A stretch of DNA of 64,000 nt, from contig NC_042998.1 in NCBI RefSeq assembly GCF_006345805.1, forward strand, positions 47,678,001-47,742,000, given 5' to 3'. Every line of letters begins with the position of its first letter. Position 1 is the first letter of the stretch. Under the pieces are notes generated by a model that was not told where the DNA came from, made no database searches, and saw nothing but the letters and a program-made list of their open reading frames with translations. This document shows, piece after piece, positions 12,530 to 24,076 of this stretch. Made by a program: the position numbers and the translations under genes. This stretch comes from Octopus sinensis. Taxonomy: Eukaryota.

Positions 12530-13015
12530 TATATATAACTGAGAATGTGTGTCTGTCTATATGTGTGTATCACTAAAACTTGAGAACTACCCAACCGATT
12601 TCATTCAAATTTTACACCTGCTTTACTTAGGGTCCATGCAGTGTATGGGCCAAAATGTTGAACTTTTTACCTAATGCCACCCCGGAGCAATTTCTTATCT
12701 TTTAGACTATTTCAGTATTACATGGCAAAAGTGAAACAATAACATCTCTATTGTAATGTGAGATAATACTTTCAGTTTTAATACTTTCACTATTGATATT
12801 GAAACTCTTAAAACAAATTTACACATGCCTTATTTAAGGTCCATGCATTGTCATGGGCCCCAAAAAGTTTCAACTTCTTGCCTAATCCCACCCAGGAGTA
12901 ATCTCTTATCTCTTACACAATTTCAGTATTACGTGTCAAAAGTGAAACAATAACATGTCTATTGTAATGTGAGATAGTACTTTCAGTTTCAATACTTTCA
13001 CTATTAATATTGATA
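12530..13015 (+). mobile_element. Probable non-autonomous Helitron-like 5' part with ~200-bp direct repeat x2
   Basis: Start TATATATAACTGAGAATGTGTGTCTGTCT...CCGATTTCATTCAAATTT resembles the 5' part of the Helitron at 46453-46749; diverged direct repeats at ~12606-12802 and ~12814-13013. Confidence 0.5.
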
Positions 13016-13084
13016 TTACGTGGTGGTGATGATGATATATATACATGCAAACAAACAAAGACACACACACACACATATAATATA

Positions 13085-13242
13085 GGCGCAGGAGTGGTTG
13101 TGCGGCAAGTAGCCTACCAACCACATAGTTCCGGGTTCAGTTTCACTGCTTGAGACCTTGGGCAAGTGTCTTCTACTTTAGCCTTGGGACGATCAAAGCC
13201 TTGTGAGTGGATTCGGTAGACAGAAACTGAACGAAGCCCATC

Positions 13243-13297
<55 letters not shown>

Positions 13298-13438
13298 TGT
13301 GTCTGTGTTTGTCCCCCCACCATCGCTTGACAACCGATGTTAGTGTGCCCTGGGGTCGATTTGTTCGGCTAAAGGTGGTGCTTCATCATGGCCGCAGTAT
13401 ATATGACTGAAACAAATAAAAGAGTAAAAGAGTAAAAG
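13085..13438 (+). mobile_element. tRNA-derived SINE family B with internal (GT)n
   Basis: Head GGCGCAGGAGTGG...GGGTTCAG, CCTTGGGCAAG core, tail CATGGCCGCAG..GACTGAAAC(AAAAGAGT)n. Confidence 0.9.
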
Positions 13439-13485
<47 letters not shown>

Positions 13486-13522
13486 TTTCCCACACGATAC
13501 AGCTATGGGTCAGACCCGATTC

Positions 13523-13685
13523 TGATTGGTCAAAACATTGATGACGTCTCGTTCTGCTGGACTAGCCACCTAACAGATGATTGGTCAAAACATTGATGAC
13601 GTCTCGTTCTGCTTGACTAGCCACCTAACAGGATGATTGGTCAAAACATTGATGACGTCTCGTTCCGCTGGACTAGCCACCTAAC
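13523..13685 (+). repeat. Tandem 55-56-bp repeat x3 carrying ATTGG (CCAAT) and TGACGTC (CRE-like) motifs
   Basis: Units start at 13523, 13578 and 13634: TGATTGGTCAAAACATTGATGACGTCTCGTTC...ACTAGCCACCTAAC. Confidence 0.9.
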
Positions 13686-14182
13686 GGGACACAGTCATGG
13701 GTCAGATCTAATTTCGATTCGTCAAAAAAATGATGACGTATTTCTTCCGTGGCCAAACTGTCGTTCCGCTTGGTTGGTTTCCTAACAGGATACAGTTGGG
13801 AGTGACCACAGCTTAGCTGAGCTGATATAAACCCAACAATCACAAAATTCACCAAAATTATGCGAACAGACACCAACCAAAAATCATTACTGTTGCTCCC
13901 ATTGGAACACAAGGTAAAATCTAAAATGAACTCGCCTTTTCAAGAACATGAATTTTTTATATTTGGCTCTATTGAATGTATGTCACAATTATGAACTACT
14001 ACATCATACTCTTTAAACATATAGCATGGACTCCCTTTATTATATATGAATTTTTTATATTTGACTCTATTGAATATTATATATGAATTTTTTATATTTG
14101 ACTCTATTGAATATATATCACAATTATGAACTATTACATCATACTCTTTAAACATATAGCATGAACTCTCTTTATTATATAT

Positions 14183-14234
14183 AATTTTTTTTGATAAGGT
14201 TCGTCATTTCAAGAACCGAAACATGTTAAAAATT
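14183..14234 (+). ncRNA. Minimal type I hammerhead-like motif (U3/A8 core as written)
   Basis: ttttt-TTGATAA-GGTTC-gtcatttcaa-GAACC-GAAA-CATG-T-T-aaaaa: 5-bp stem II, palindromic ACATGT stem III, U/A stem I. Confidence 0.55.
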
Positions 14235-14682
14235 AAAATTTGCCTAATATAGCAGCATTTTCAAACTTCATTTTTTACAAATATATATATATATATATAT
14301 TAATGTTGTTATCCCTGCTTTTTTTTATACTATAGTATATCGATTTCAGATCCCCAACAAAGAATCTTACGTACGTGTACGGACAAAAATAAAACGAAAT
14401 TCTGAAATATTATATTACGTTCAAGTGTTAATAACTATCAAGATAATAGTAGGTATGCGCTTACCTTCGCTGTATGTCTATGTATGTATGTACGTATAAT
14501 ATATGTATATATAAACGTAGTGATTTAATCTAGGCCAACGACCTCTATATTAGTTCCGGATAAGAGTAACGCAGTTCTTTACAAATACTACCAATTACGA
14601 TATGACAGTGAATCCGGTTGCGACAATATAGAGTTAAAGCAGCTGAAATTATTCATTTTGTTATTGTTTTTATTATTATTAT

Positions 14683-14733
<51 letters not shown>

Positions 14734-14806
14734 ATGTAATTTTTTACAAATGATTCATACATAAGTATGCACGTACTTACGTACATATACACACACACTT
14801 AAAAAC

Positions 14807-14870
<64 letters not shown>

Positions 14871-14871
<1 letters not shown>

Positions 14872-15005
14872 GGCGCAGACGTGGTTTTGTGGCAGGAAGT
14901 TTAATTCCCAACCACGTGGTTCCGGTTTCAGTTCCACTGCGTGGCAAATTCGACAAGTGTCTTCTAGTATACTTCGGGCTGACCAAAGTCTTGTGATTGG
15001 ATCTG

Positions 15006-15010
<5 letters not shown>
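14871..15010 (+). mobile_element. SINE family B head fragment
   Basis: AGGCGCAGACGTGG...CAACCACGTGGTTCCGGTTTCAG...CAAGTGTCTTCTA. Confidence 0.8.
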
Positions 15011-15036
<26 letters not shown>

Positions 15037-15066
15037 AGTGTGTGTGTGCGTGTGTGTGCGTGTGTA

Positions 15067-15284
15067 CGAGAGGGTACTGAAAAGTTCCTAGCTTTTTGAG
15101 GGTAGCACAAAAGCATGGCTGGAGGTCTAACCTTCCGGATTCTTTTACAGGGGTTAGAAAATCTGAAGGACCGCTACAATAAGTGTATGAATCAGAGAAG
15201 GGATTACGCTGGATAAAATTATAATTAACTGCTCCTCCTGTATTTTCTTTTACCCAAAACCAGGAACGTTTCATCGCCCCCTTG
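15067..15284. mobile_element. mariner-type MITE
   Basis: TA-CGAGAGGGTACTGAAAAGTTCCT ... AGGAACGTTTCATCGCCCCCTTG, imperfect TIRs. Confidence 0.65.
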
Positions 15285-15336
15285 TTTACATGCAAACATA
15301 CATGCGTACATACATACATACATACATACATAAATC

Positions 15337-15630
15337 CTTAAATCCTTAAAAATGTTTCATCCCGAAAGCTGCGGCCATGCTGCGGCACCACCGTTGAATG
15401 AGCTACACTAGTATGTGAAACCACCTCTGATCCGTGGCAGTTGGTCAACAAGGGAGTTCGACGCCGCTGTCCGCATCTGTGTTTCCTGCCGAGAGGTAGG
15501 TTCATCTGGAACCCCTGACAAGAAGAGATCCGGTTTGTTTTAAAGAAACCCACATGCACACCATGTAGGTCTCTCAGGCATTTAGGAAGGATATAGAAGA
15601 GCTGTGGTCCCCTGAAACCCAAGCTGTTGG
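15337..15630 (-). mobile_element. CR1/L2-group LINE 3' end
   Basis: NSLGFRGPQLFYILPKCLRDLHGV...FFK..GVPDEP C-terminal motif; 3' UTR with CAGCATGGCCGCAG and (TAAGGATT)2 tail. Confidence 0.8.
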
Positions 15631-15700
15631 GTTTCCCTATCACCAAAACAAACAAACAAACATACATACATAAATACATGCATACATACATACAAAAACT

Positions 15701-16036
15701 CTGTTGTTGATGCTGAAATTTCAATGAAGGAGCCTTGGATCTAGGTTAGAAACCAGCTCTTTCTCTATTGGCAAGGAATCTTGAAATAAAGCTGAACAAT
15801 GACATACATACATACATAAATACATACACACACATACACACACATACATACATACATACATATACAAATACCTTGTTGTTGATGTTGAAATTCAAATGAA
15901 GGAGCCTTGGATCTAGGTAAGAAACCGGCTCTTTCTCTATTGGCAAGGAATCTTGAAATAAAGCTGAACATACATACAGACATACATACATACATACATA
16001 CATACACACACACATACACACACATACATACATACA

Positions 16037-16068
<32 letters not shown>

Positions 16069-16215
16069 CACATACATACATACATACATACATACAAATA
16101 CATACAAATACCTTGTTGTTGATGTTGAAATTCAAATGAAGGAACCTTGGATCTAGGTTAGAAACCAGCTTTTTCTCTATTGGCAAGGAATCTTGAAATA
16201 AAACTGAACAATGTC
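15701..16215 (+). repeat. Three ~100-bp units each followed by (CATA)n
   Basis: Unit TGTTGTTGATGTTGAAATTCAAATGAAGGAGCCTTGGATCTAGG...GAAATAAAGCTGAACA at ~15701, ~15871 and ~16111, separated by (CATA)n of different lengths. Confidence 0.9.
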
Positions 16216-16819
16216 ATACATACATACATACATACATACATACATACATACATACATACGTACATACATACATACATACATACACACACATACATACATA
16301 CATACATACATACACACATACATACGTACATACATGAATACATACATACATACATACATACATACATACATACATACATACATACATGAATACATACATA
16401 CATACATGCATACATACATACATACATACGATTTTATATACGAAAACAAAGCAGAAGTGAAATAACATAAATACATGAGACTGTACATGTAAACACAAAC
16501 AGACTTACAAGCGGAGACGTATACACGCAGTCATCGGTTGTATTATTTAGGAACAATTAAATGATAACCATGACGAGATTACCACCGACTCTTTGCTTCC
16601 ACGGCTACGGCTGCCACTGGTGTTGCTGCTGCTGCTGCTGCTACTGTTGCTGCTGCTGCTGCTATTTGCTGCCATTACTGCTGCCCAGATCTACCAAAAC
16701 ATCCCTATCACCAAAACAATAACGAAGGATTTCTTATCTCTGATGATACGCTGATTATTAACAACTGAATACATACCCCACCAACCAACCTTTACCTTCT
16801 CTGTCTCTATCACTGTGCG

Positions 16820-16898
<79 letters not shown>

Positions 16899-16900
16899 GT

Positions 16901-16932
<32 letters not shown>

Positions 16933-17489
16933 ATACATACACACACATTCATATATACATACGTGTGTATGTGTATATCTATATACATATATATAAATAT
17001 ACACATGTATATAAATATCTATATATATCTATATATTTATATACGTATATATATATATATATATATATATATGAATACATACATATATATACACATACAT
17101 AACTACATACATACATTAATACATACATACATGCATACATACATACGTACCTACGTACATACTTACAGACTTGCATACATATATGCATACATACATACAT
17201 ACATACATGCGTACGTACGTACATACATACATACATACATACATACATACATACATACATACATACATACATACATACATACATTCTTACATACGTACAT
17301 ACATACATAAATTCCTACATACATACATACATACATACAGACGTACATACACACATACTGCGTTTGTATGTACTCGGAACTACAAATCGACCCTCCACAC
17401 ACATATACACACTTTTCTGCTTTAGCCTTTCGTTCCACTATAACTACTCTGATTCTTTTTCATACACACATACGCACGCACACACACAC

Positions 17490-17524
<35 letters not shown>

Positions 17525-17900
17525 CTCTCTCGATCAACCAACCATCTCGGCTCCACCCTCTCTCTTACATCTCACTCTCCTATTCTCTTCCTCTCTCGCT
17601 ATCTTTCTCTCTCTCTCTCTCTCTCTCGCTTCCTATATCTCTTTCTCTCTCTCTATTTCTGTCTCTCCTCCCATCTCTCTCCTCCCGCTCTCTCTCTAAT
17701 TCTTTCTCCCCTCCCCTCTCTCAATTTCTCTCTCTTCTCCTTCTCATCTATTTCTCTCTCTCCGCCCTCTCTCTCTCTAATTCTCTCTCTCCTCCCTCTC
17801 TCTCTATTTCTCTCTCTCCTCTCCTCTCTCTATTTCTCTCTCTCCTCTCCTCCCCCTCTCTCTATTTATCTCTCTCCTCCCCCTCTCTCTGTCTATCACC
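16215..17900. repeat. Compound microsatellite and low-complexity block: (TACA)n, (GCT)n, (TA)n, (GT)n, (CT)n
   Basis: Direct reading; source of the MYVC/HTYI/SLSL ORFs. Confidence 0.95.
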
Positions 17901-18366
17901 TCCTTGTCTATCTGCTCAATCACAAGCCTGTCTGACACATCTTCGTTAAAAGAGAGGATTTCGTTTTATCACACAACGATTGACATGTGAGTTGACCAAT
18001 CTAAACAGATAAACAGACAAGACATGTCTTCGGACCTCTATCAGAAATAATTGTTATTGCTTCGTGTTCTTTTCCTTTCTTTCTCTTTTTTCCTTTTCTT
18101 TTCAATTTCTTGTTTTTGTCGTTTTATTGGCGGAACCAACCGTTGATTGTCAATTCCACCACCCTCTACAACCACTCGTCCACCACCTTCATTCACTAAA
18201 GCCGTTACTACATGGGTCTGTTTTCTATTTACAGTAACTTTTCCAACTCTTTTTCACATCTCTTTCACAATCACCTTTTTTCTGTACCAATCTCTCACTT
18301 CACTCTCTCTCTTTCTCTCTCACCTCTCTCCCTCCCTTCCTCCTCTCTGCATCCATCTATCAGTCC

Positions 18367-18404
<38 letters not shown>

Positions 18405-18449
18405 GTTCCAAAATGGGCTTCGTGAGATTCCTGCGTTAAATTCGTGTGC

Positions 18450-18494
<45 letters not shown>

Positions 18495-18526
18495 ACACGT
18501 ACACGAATATATATATATATATATAA

Positions 18527-18741
18527 CCAGTGGTTAGGGCAGCGGACTCGCGGTCGGAGGATCGCGGTTTCGATTCCCAGACAGGGCATTGTGTGTGTTT
18601 ATTGAGCGAAAACACCTAAAAAGCTCCACGAGGCTCCGGCAGGGGGTGGTGATCCCTGCTGTACTCTTTCACCAAAATGGCGGTGCCCCAGCATGGCCAC
18701 AGCTCATGAGCTGAAACTAGAATCAATCAATCAATCAATCA

Positions 18742-18745
<4 letters not shown>
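18527..18745 (+). mobile_element. SINE family D (tRNA-Arg-like head) with CR1-type tail and (ATCA)n
   Basis: CAGTGGTTAGGGCAGCGGACTCGCGGTC..GGTTTCGATTCCC; TCG at the anticodon position; tail GGCGGTGCCCCAGCATGGCCACAG. Confidence 0.85.
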
Positions 18746-18788
<43 letters not shown>

Positions 18789-18912
18789 CTGTATTAAGGC
18801 TACAATTCTTCAAGTCGATCATATAGAAAAATGATCGTCTCCATTTGGGATTTTTTTAAATAACTTTATCCACCTTCGTGGTGTTGAGTACTCATTCTCA
18901 TTGTTTGATATT

Positions 18913-18946
<34 letters not shown>

Positions 18947-19092
18947 GAGGGGTCGGCTAATTGCCTCGCCACGTACTGAATTAGAAATACACATATATAT
19001 TGGGGCAGCTGATGATTGAGGTATGTTAGATTCCTGGTATGACTGATTTTGTATATGTGGAATAGTATTATATCACATCGTTTTGATATATA

Positions 19093-20224
19093 CAGGGTTC
19101 GATGGGTAAATTGTCAACATTTTATATTCTTTTTTTCGTGCATACGCATTGTTTGTTTTTGATTTTGTCGACTACACAGTATAGTAAGGTCAGTTGGGCA
19201 CCGTCTGTGAGGAAAACTGCATCATGACGCAATTCACTCTACCAGAAATTTGGAAACGACACGCTGTACTGCTTGGCATTCGCACCGGAATCTCCAATAC
19301 AACCATTTCAGAATGTTTAGGTGTCAACCAAAGGACAGTGCAATCTGAGGACATGTACTGAGAGCCATAGAAATCAAACATCCAGTCAACAACATGGTGT
19401 TTGGAGTGGTCACTAGTGATAGCGACGTTATGCCTCCATTCATCTTCCCACATACCTATTTCTTTATTACCCACAAGGGGCTAAACACAGAGGAGACAAA
19501 CAAGGACAGACATAGGTATTAAGTCGATTACATCGACCCCAGTGCGTAACTGGTACTTAATTTATCGACCCCGAAAGGATGAAAGGCAAAGTCGACCTCG
19601 GCGGAATTTGGACTCACAACATAACGCAGACGAAATACCGCTAAGCATTTCGCCCGGCGTGCTAACGTTTCTGCCAGCTCGCCGCCTTATCTTCCCACAT
19701 AGCCTCACACTCAACACGGAGTCCTACATCAAGTGCTTGGAGGAGGCAGTGCTGCCATGGGGCAAGAGGGTGGCTGCTGGAAGACCCTCTCTGGCAACAG
19801 GACTCTGCGTCATGCCAAATAAGCAGGAGAACCCAGTCATGGCTCTCAGAGAATTTCTGCGACCACATCACCCTTAACATTTAGCCACCTAACTCCCCAG
19901 ACTGCAACCCCTTTGGTTATTATGTGTGGGGCGTAGTTGAGCGAGAGACCAACAAAACACCATGTAACACCAAAGATGACCTGAAGGTAAGGATTATGGC
20001 TGCATTCGCCAATTTAAACAAGGAAACTGTCCAGAAGAACTGCAGGAGATTCGGAAGTCGTCTCGAAGCTGTAGTTGAAGCCAATGACGATTTTATTGAA
20101 TAAATTTACTCCTTAGTATTTCAAGGTACTTTTATGTAATTTTGGTTAATATATCTATTAAAAATGAGATGCCAGTGTTATTTTCATTTTTGCATAATTT
20201 AAACAGTTTATTCACCGCACCCTG
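19093..20224 (+). mobile_element. Tc1/mariner maT-family (DD37D) transposon, internally deleted, interrupted by a SINE A
   Basis: TA|CAGGGT...ACCCTG|TA ends; transposase motifs MVFGVVTSD, WQQDSA, PPNSPDCNPFGY with 37 residues between the second D and the (mutated) third D. Confidence 0.9.
19455..19688 (-). mobile_element. Full-length SINE family A with 13-bp TSD
   Basis: TSD ATCTTCCCACATA at 19442-19454 and 19689-19701. Confidence 0.95.
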
Positions 20225-20254
20225 TATGTGTGTGTGTATGCGTGTGTGTCTTTC

Positions 20255-20465
20255 TATCTGTGTTTCACCCCACCACTACCGCTTGACAACCGGAGTTGGT
20301 GTGCTTACGTTCACCTCAATTAGCGATTCGGCAAAAGAAACTGATAGGATAGGTACCAGATTTTTAAAAATTTAAGTCCTGGAGTTGATTTCTTAGAGTA
20401 AGAACCCTTTAGGGCGGTGCCCCTGCATGGTCACAGTCTAATGACTGAAACAAGTAAGAGATAAA

Positions 20466-20470
<5 letters not shown>
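20255..20470 (+). mobile_element. SINE family B 3' half
   Basis: CGCTTGACAACCG...GGCGGTGCCCCTGCATGG...GACTGAAACAAGTAAGAG. Confidence 0.8.
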
Positions 20471-20512
<42 letters not shown>

Positions 20513-20736
20513 CTTTTATCTCTTAGCACGGATTTTTGTCAGTGAACAGGTCGCGGATTTTAGCGACGAAAATATTTTGACAAATTAAACTTAAATGTTG
20601 AAGTGAATCGAACGGCTTTTGTGTGTTTCTTAAATGGCTTACAAACACCTTCCACGCTGCAATTGTTTTCGTTCCAGCACACGATCTCAGATCAAATCAC
20701 TTGCTATGCGAGTACATCTCCGTAATATATATATAT

Positions 20737-20783
<47 letters not shown>

Positions 20784-21195
20784 AAGTATACATGTACGTT
20801 TTTAGCATTTACTTACTCGCGGATGCTTTAGGGAATTTAATTACGAAATAAACCTATAAGTATCGAATATGTATCTATGGCAAAGTGTATTAGACACCAG
20901 GCTTACATAAACGTAAAGGAAAACGGTTTTAGTTTCCACGAGAAGGATAACATTTCAATAGAAATCTAACACTATTGTATTAACAACATAGACAAATACA
21001 AGTATATCAAATATCATACAACTTAAATTCATGTTTATTAAAATTGTCTAGTCTTCTACAGGTTGTGTCATAATTATTAAAGGCATTTGAGACTAACTCC
21101 ATATGAGAAGGGGAGATAATCTGGCAAGAAACAAGAATTCTCCAGTGTTAACAAGCTATTAAGGAAAAAGACAGATTTATTATCTGGCGATAAGA

Positions 21196-21251
21196 GGACA
21201 GTCGCGTACACATGTTCCTGCCTCAATAGGACGTCATCAGCACTATTGTCC
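21196..21251 (-). ncRNA. Decayed hammerhead-like motif
   Basis: Reverse complement ggacaatagtg-CTGATGA-cgtcctattgaggca-GGAA-CATG-T-g-tacgcgactgtcc; outer ggaca/tgtcc pairing; GAAA and stem II are damaged. Confidence 0.35.
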
Positions 21252-22040
21252 TACCCTACCGTCAGAAGCCAAGGGATATGGATATATGTAAAGAAAAGTA
21301 CACATTTATGGCCTAGGTAATTTGCATAAATTATGAAAAATGAGATACGAAAAATAACTTAGAACAACCAGTCGCATGTATTATAAAATATCACCAACAT
21401 AAATTCTTGATTTATCAAAATTATCTCTGCCTCTAGAGGATATATCACAAGTACTAAATGACAATTGAGACCAGATCCATAGGGAAAGAGTATAGACAGT
21501 CTCATGAATGAAGTATATTCTGAAATTGACGAACCATTACAGAAAAGATAGGCTTATTGTTTGGTGATAAGAGGAAAATCGTGGACAGGCGCTTCTGTCT
21601 CTTTAGGCGTCATCAAAACCTAATTACATTCATTCAGAAGAATTCTGGTCCTTTTATAACTGATTTCCACTTATTTCTTATTTCTATTTTCAATATTGAA
21701 AAGGTTGCAAGACGCAACGAATATTTTGGGAAAATATTATTAAATAGGTATTATGTGAATAAATAATTATCTAGAACTATTTTAATCAAATAGAGGAATA
21801 CACATTGAAACTTTTACTGTCAGTTGATACATTAAGATAAATAATTTAATAATTATATCAAATAAATGAGGGATAGAGAATTTGTTATATTCATAAAGGA
21901 AAAGAAATATATGTATACATAAATATATATATATGTATATGTATATATATGTGTGTGTGCATATATATTTATGTATATATATACATGTGTGTGCATGCAT
22001 GGTCTCTCGCTCATATATATATATAAATATATATATGCGT

Positions 22041-22206
22041 GTGGTAAGTGGCTTGCTTACGAACCACGTGGTTCCGGGTTCAGTCCCACTGCGTGGCACC
22101 TTGGGTGATAGTAGAAGACACTTGCCCAAGGTGCCACGCAGTGGGACTGAACCCGGAACCATGTGGTTGGTAAGCAAGCTACTTACCACACAGCCTTTCC
22201 TGCGCC
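22041..22206. mobile_element. Two inverted SINE B heads forming a ~65-bp-stem hairpin
   Basis: 22041-22105 is the reverse complement of 22125-22189 with few mismatches; 19-nt spacer. Confidence 0.9.
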
Positions 22207-23015
22207 TATAAATATACATATGTGTGTATATTTGTACGTGTTGATGTATGTATGTATGTATGTATGTTGTATGTATATATTTAATAAATTATATTTAAAT
22301 AAACACTCCTAAAATGATAAAGATTAGAAAAAAACATAGGAAGTAACATGAAAATTAAATGTACTCTCACCATTTGAAAATAGTCTAAATCCATACATGT
22401 GATACATAGTGAATCATGGCTCCATTAAATATAAAAAGTGATTTTACTAAAAATATATATAATAACATAAACTATCAACAGATAAGACTAATACATCTGA
22501 ATAAATAAAAATTGCAATGATAATTTAAATTCTTGTAGCTAAAAAGTAGAAGTTAAATATAGTGATTTGGATTCTTGCTAATATATATATATTTTTTTTA
22601 CATTTTTATTCTTTACACAAGTGAGTAGAGATAGGAGTGGTAGCCAGCCTTTATAGAACTGATCAAGGGAGGATGGTAGTATGAACCAGTTCTTTAAAAC
22701 TACAACTAGTCATTGTCCACTGTGGTCGTAGTTTAACCTCAAGCTCTTTTAAGAAAGGAATCCAAAAGATACACCTGCCGGCACACACAAGCACACAAAG
22801 GCATGCTGCTATCTCAGTCTGTAAGCAACTCTCCATCCATCAGGATGTGGACGTATATTTGTCAATTTTTGTCTTGAAGAGATTTTTACCTTTTAAATGA
22901 ATAATGCAATCTTAATTGCAAAATATGAAGGTAAGAAATTTAATGGTACGTAGGCGATATGAAACTGATTATTACATAAATACATTTTTCACAGTTCAAT
23001 CTCTCCATTCTCCCT

Positions 23016-23212
23016 TGACCTCGTGTGTACCGTTGGCGATTTTTTTTCCTCTGTCTTCCCTTCTCTGGATCTTTCCTTCTCCTATGTTTCCGACGAAGAG
23101 CTCCGCTCGAAACTTTAAACCCTCCTTCTTTCCTGAGCGTCCAATAATAATATATTTGTTCCACGTCCTCGTGTTGTTGTGTGTTTTTTTGTGCTTTCTT
23201 GTTTGGATTAAC
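23016..23212 (+). mobile_element. Hammerhead-bearing short element family E (mutated core), ending in (TA)n
   Basis: Homologous to 23818-24021 and 44069-44272; motif gttt-CCGACGA-A-GAGC-tcc-GCTC-GAAA-CT-T-T-aaac at 23086-23120. Confidence 0.85.
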
Positions 23213-23244
23213 TATATATATATATATTTGCGTGTGTTTTGTGT

Positions 23245-23440
23245 TTGCGTCTGTCCCCCCAACCAGTGTTGGTGTCTTTACGCACCCGTAACTTAGCGGT
23301 TCGGTAAAAGAGACCGATAGAATAAGTACTACGCTTAAAAAAGTAAGTCGTGCAGTCGATTTGTCCGACTGAAACCTTTCGAGGAGTTGCTCCAGCATGA
23401 CCGCAGTCAAATTACTGAAACAAGTAAAAGAAGAATAAAA
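23245..23440 (+). mobile_element. SINE family B 3' half
   Basis: CCGTAACTTAGCGGTTCGG...GCTCCAGCATGACCGCAGTC. Confidence 0.8.
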
Positions 23441-23450
23441 GAGGCGTGTG

Positions 23451-23499
<49 letters not shown>

Positions 23500-23817
23500 A
23501 TGATTTTTCTTTCAATTTTCTTTATGATCTTGGAAGAGTTCAAGCCGGTCGCGAACAAAATGTCAAGACTTTTTGAGTTAAGAGAGTTCCTGGTGTTTAT
23601 AAATATGTGGTGGGGTTAGTGTGTTGGTTGAACTGTCCATGAATACACCCAAGTGTATTCATCTATTCACATAAGAATCTCAGGTGGAGAATTTCTGGAG
23701 TGTCTTACGAATCTTCACTGCTCCACAAATAGATTAGATTTAGAGTATCCTCGTCAGTTTCTTGTGTTCTTACTCCATAAAACCAATTATTGCTACGTTT
23801 TTGTGCAATATTCAATA

Positions 23818-24017
23818 TGTGACCGCGTGTGTATCGTTGGCGATTTTCTTTCTTCGTCTTCCCTTCCTTGGACCTTTCCTTTTTCTATGTTTCTGACGAA
23901 GAGCTCTGCTCGAAACGTTAAATCCTCCTTCTTTCTTTCCTTTCCTGAGCGTCCAATAACACTATACTTGTCCCACGTCCTCGCTTTGTTGTGTTTTCTC
24001 TTTGTTCATCCTTGGAT

Positions 24018-24021
<4 letters not shown>
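23818..24021 (+). mobile_element. Hammerhead-bearing short element family E, ending in (TA)n
   Basis: ~204 bp, near-identical to 44069-44272; ends GGATTAAC(TA)n. Confidence 0.9.
23889..23923 (+). ncRNA. Minimal type I hammerhead ribozyme motif
   Basis: gttt-CTGACGA-A-GAGC-tct-GCTC-GAAA-CG-T-T-aaat: intact CUGANGA and GAAA, 4-bp stem II, ACGT palindromic stem III. Confidence 0.75.

Positions 24022-24076
<55 letters not shown>

Larger units (their letters stand above)
13481..14280 (+). mobile_element. Putative solo pseudo-LTR of a Penelope-like element: promoter-like repeats plus hammerhead-like motif, between (TA)n runs
   Basis: Three 55-56-bp repeats (13523-13685), ~100-bp repeats (13946-14185), hammerhead-like motif at 14183-14234; same layout as 33640-34062 downstream of a GIY-YIG ORF. 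Confidence 0.55.

Noticed and set aside
15701-16215. CRISPR-like repeat-spacer array
   Set aside because: Repeats are ~100 bp, the spacers are microsatellite, the context is eukaryotic and there are no cas genes.
16620-16685. Poly-Gln or poly-Ala coding repeat (also 49720-49830)
   Set aside because: There is no surrounding credible ORF or splice context; these are ordinary trinucleotide repeats.
15746-17949. Long ORFs (MYVC, HTYI, SLSL types), and similar ones at 28422-30160, 41405-42612 and 55993-56508
   Set aside because: They are translations of stop-free microsatellites.
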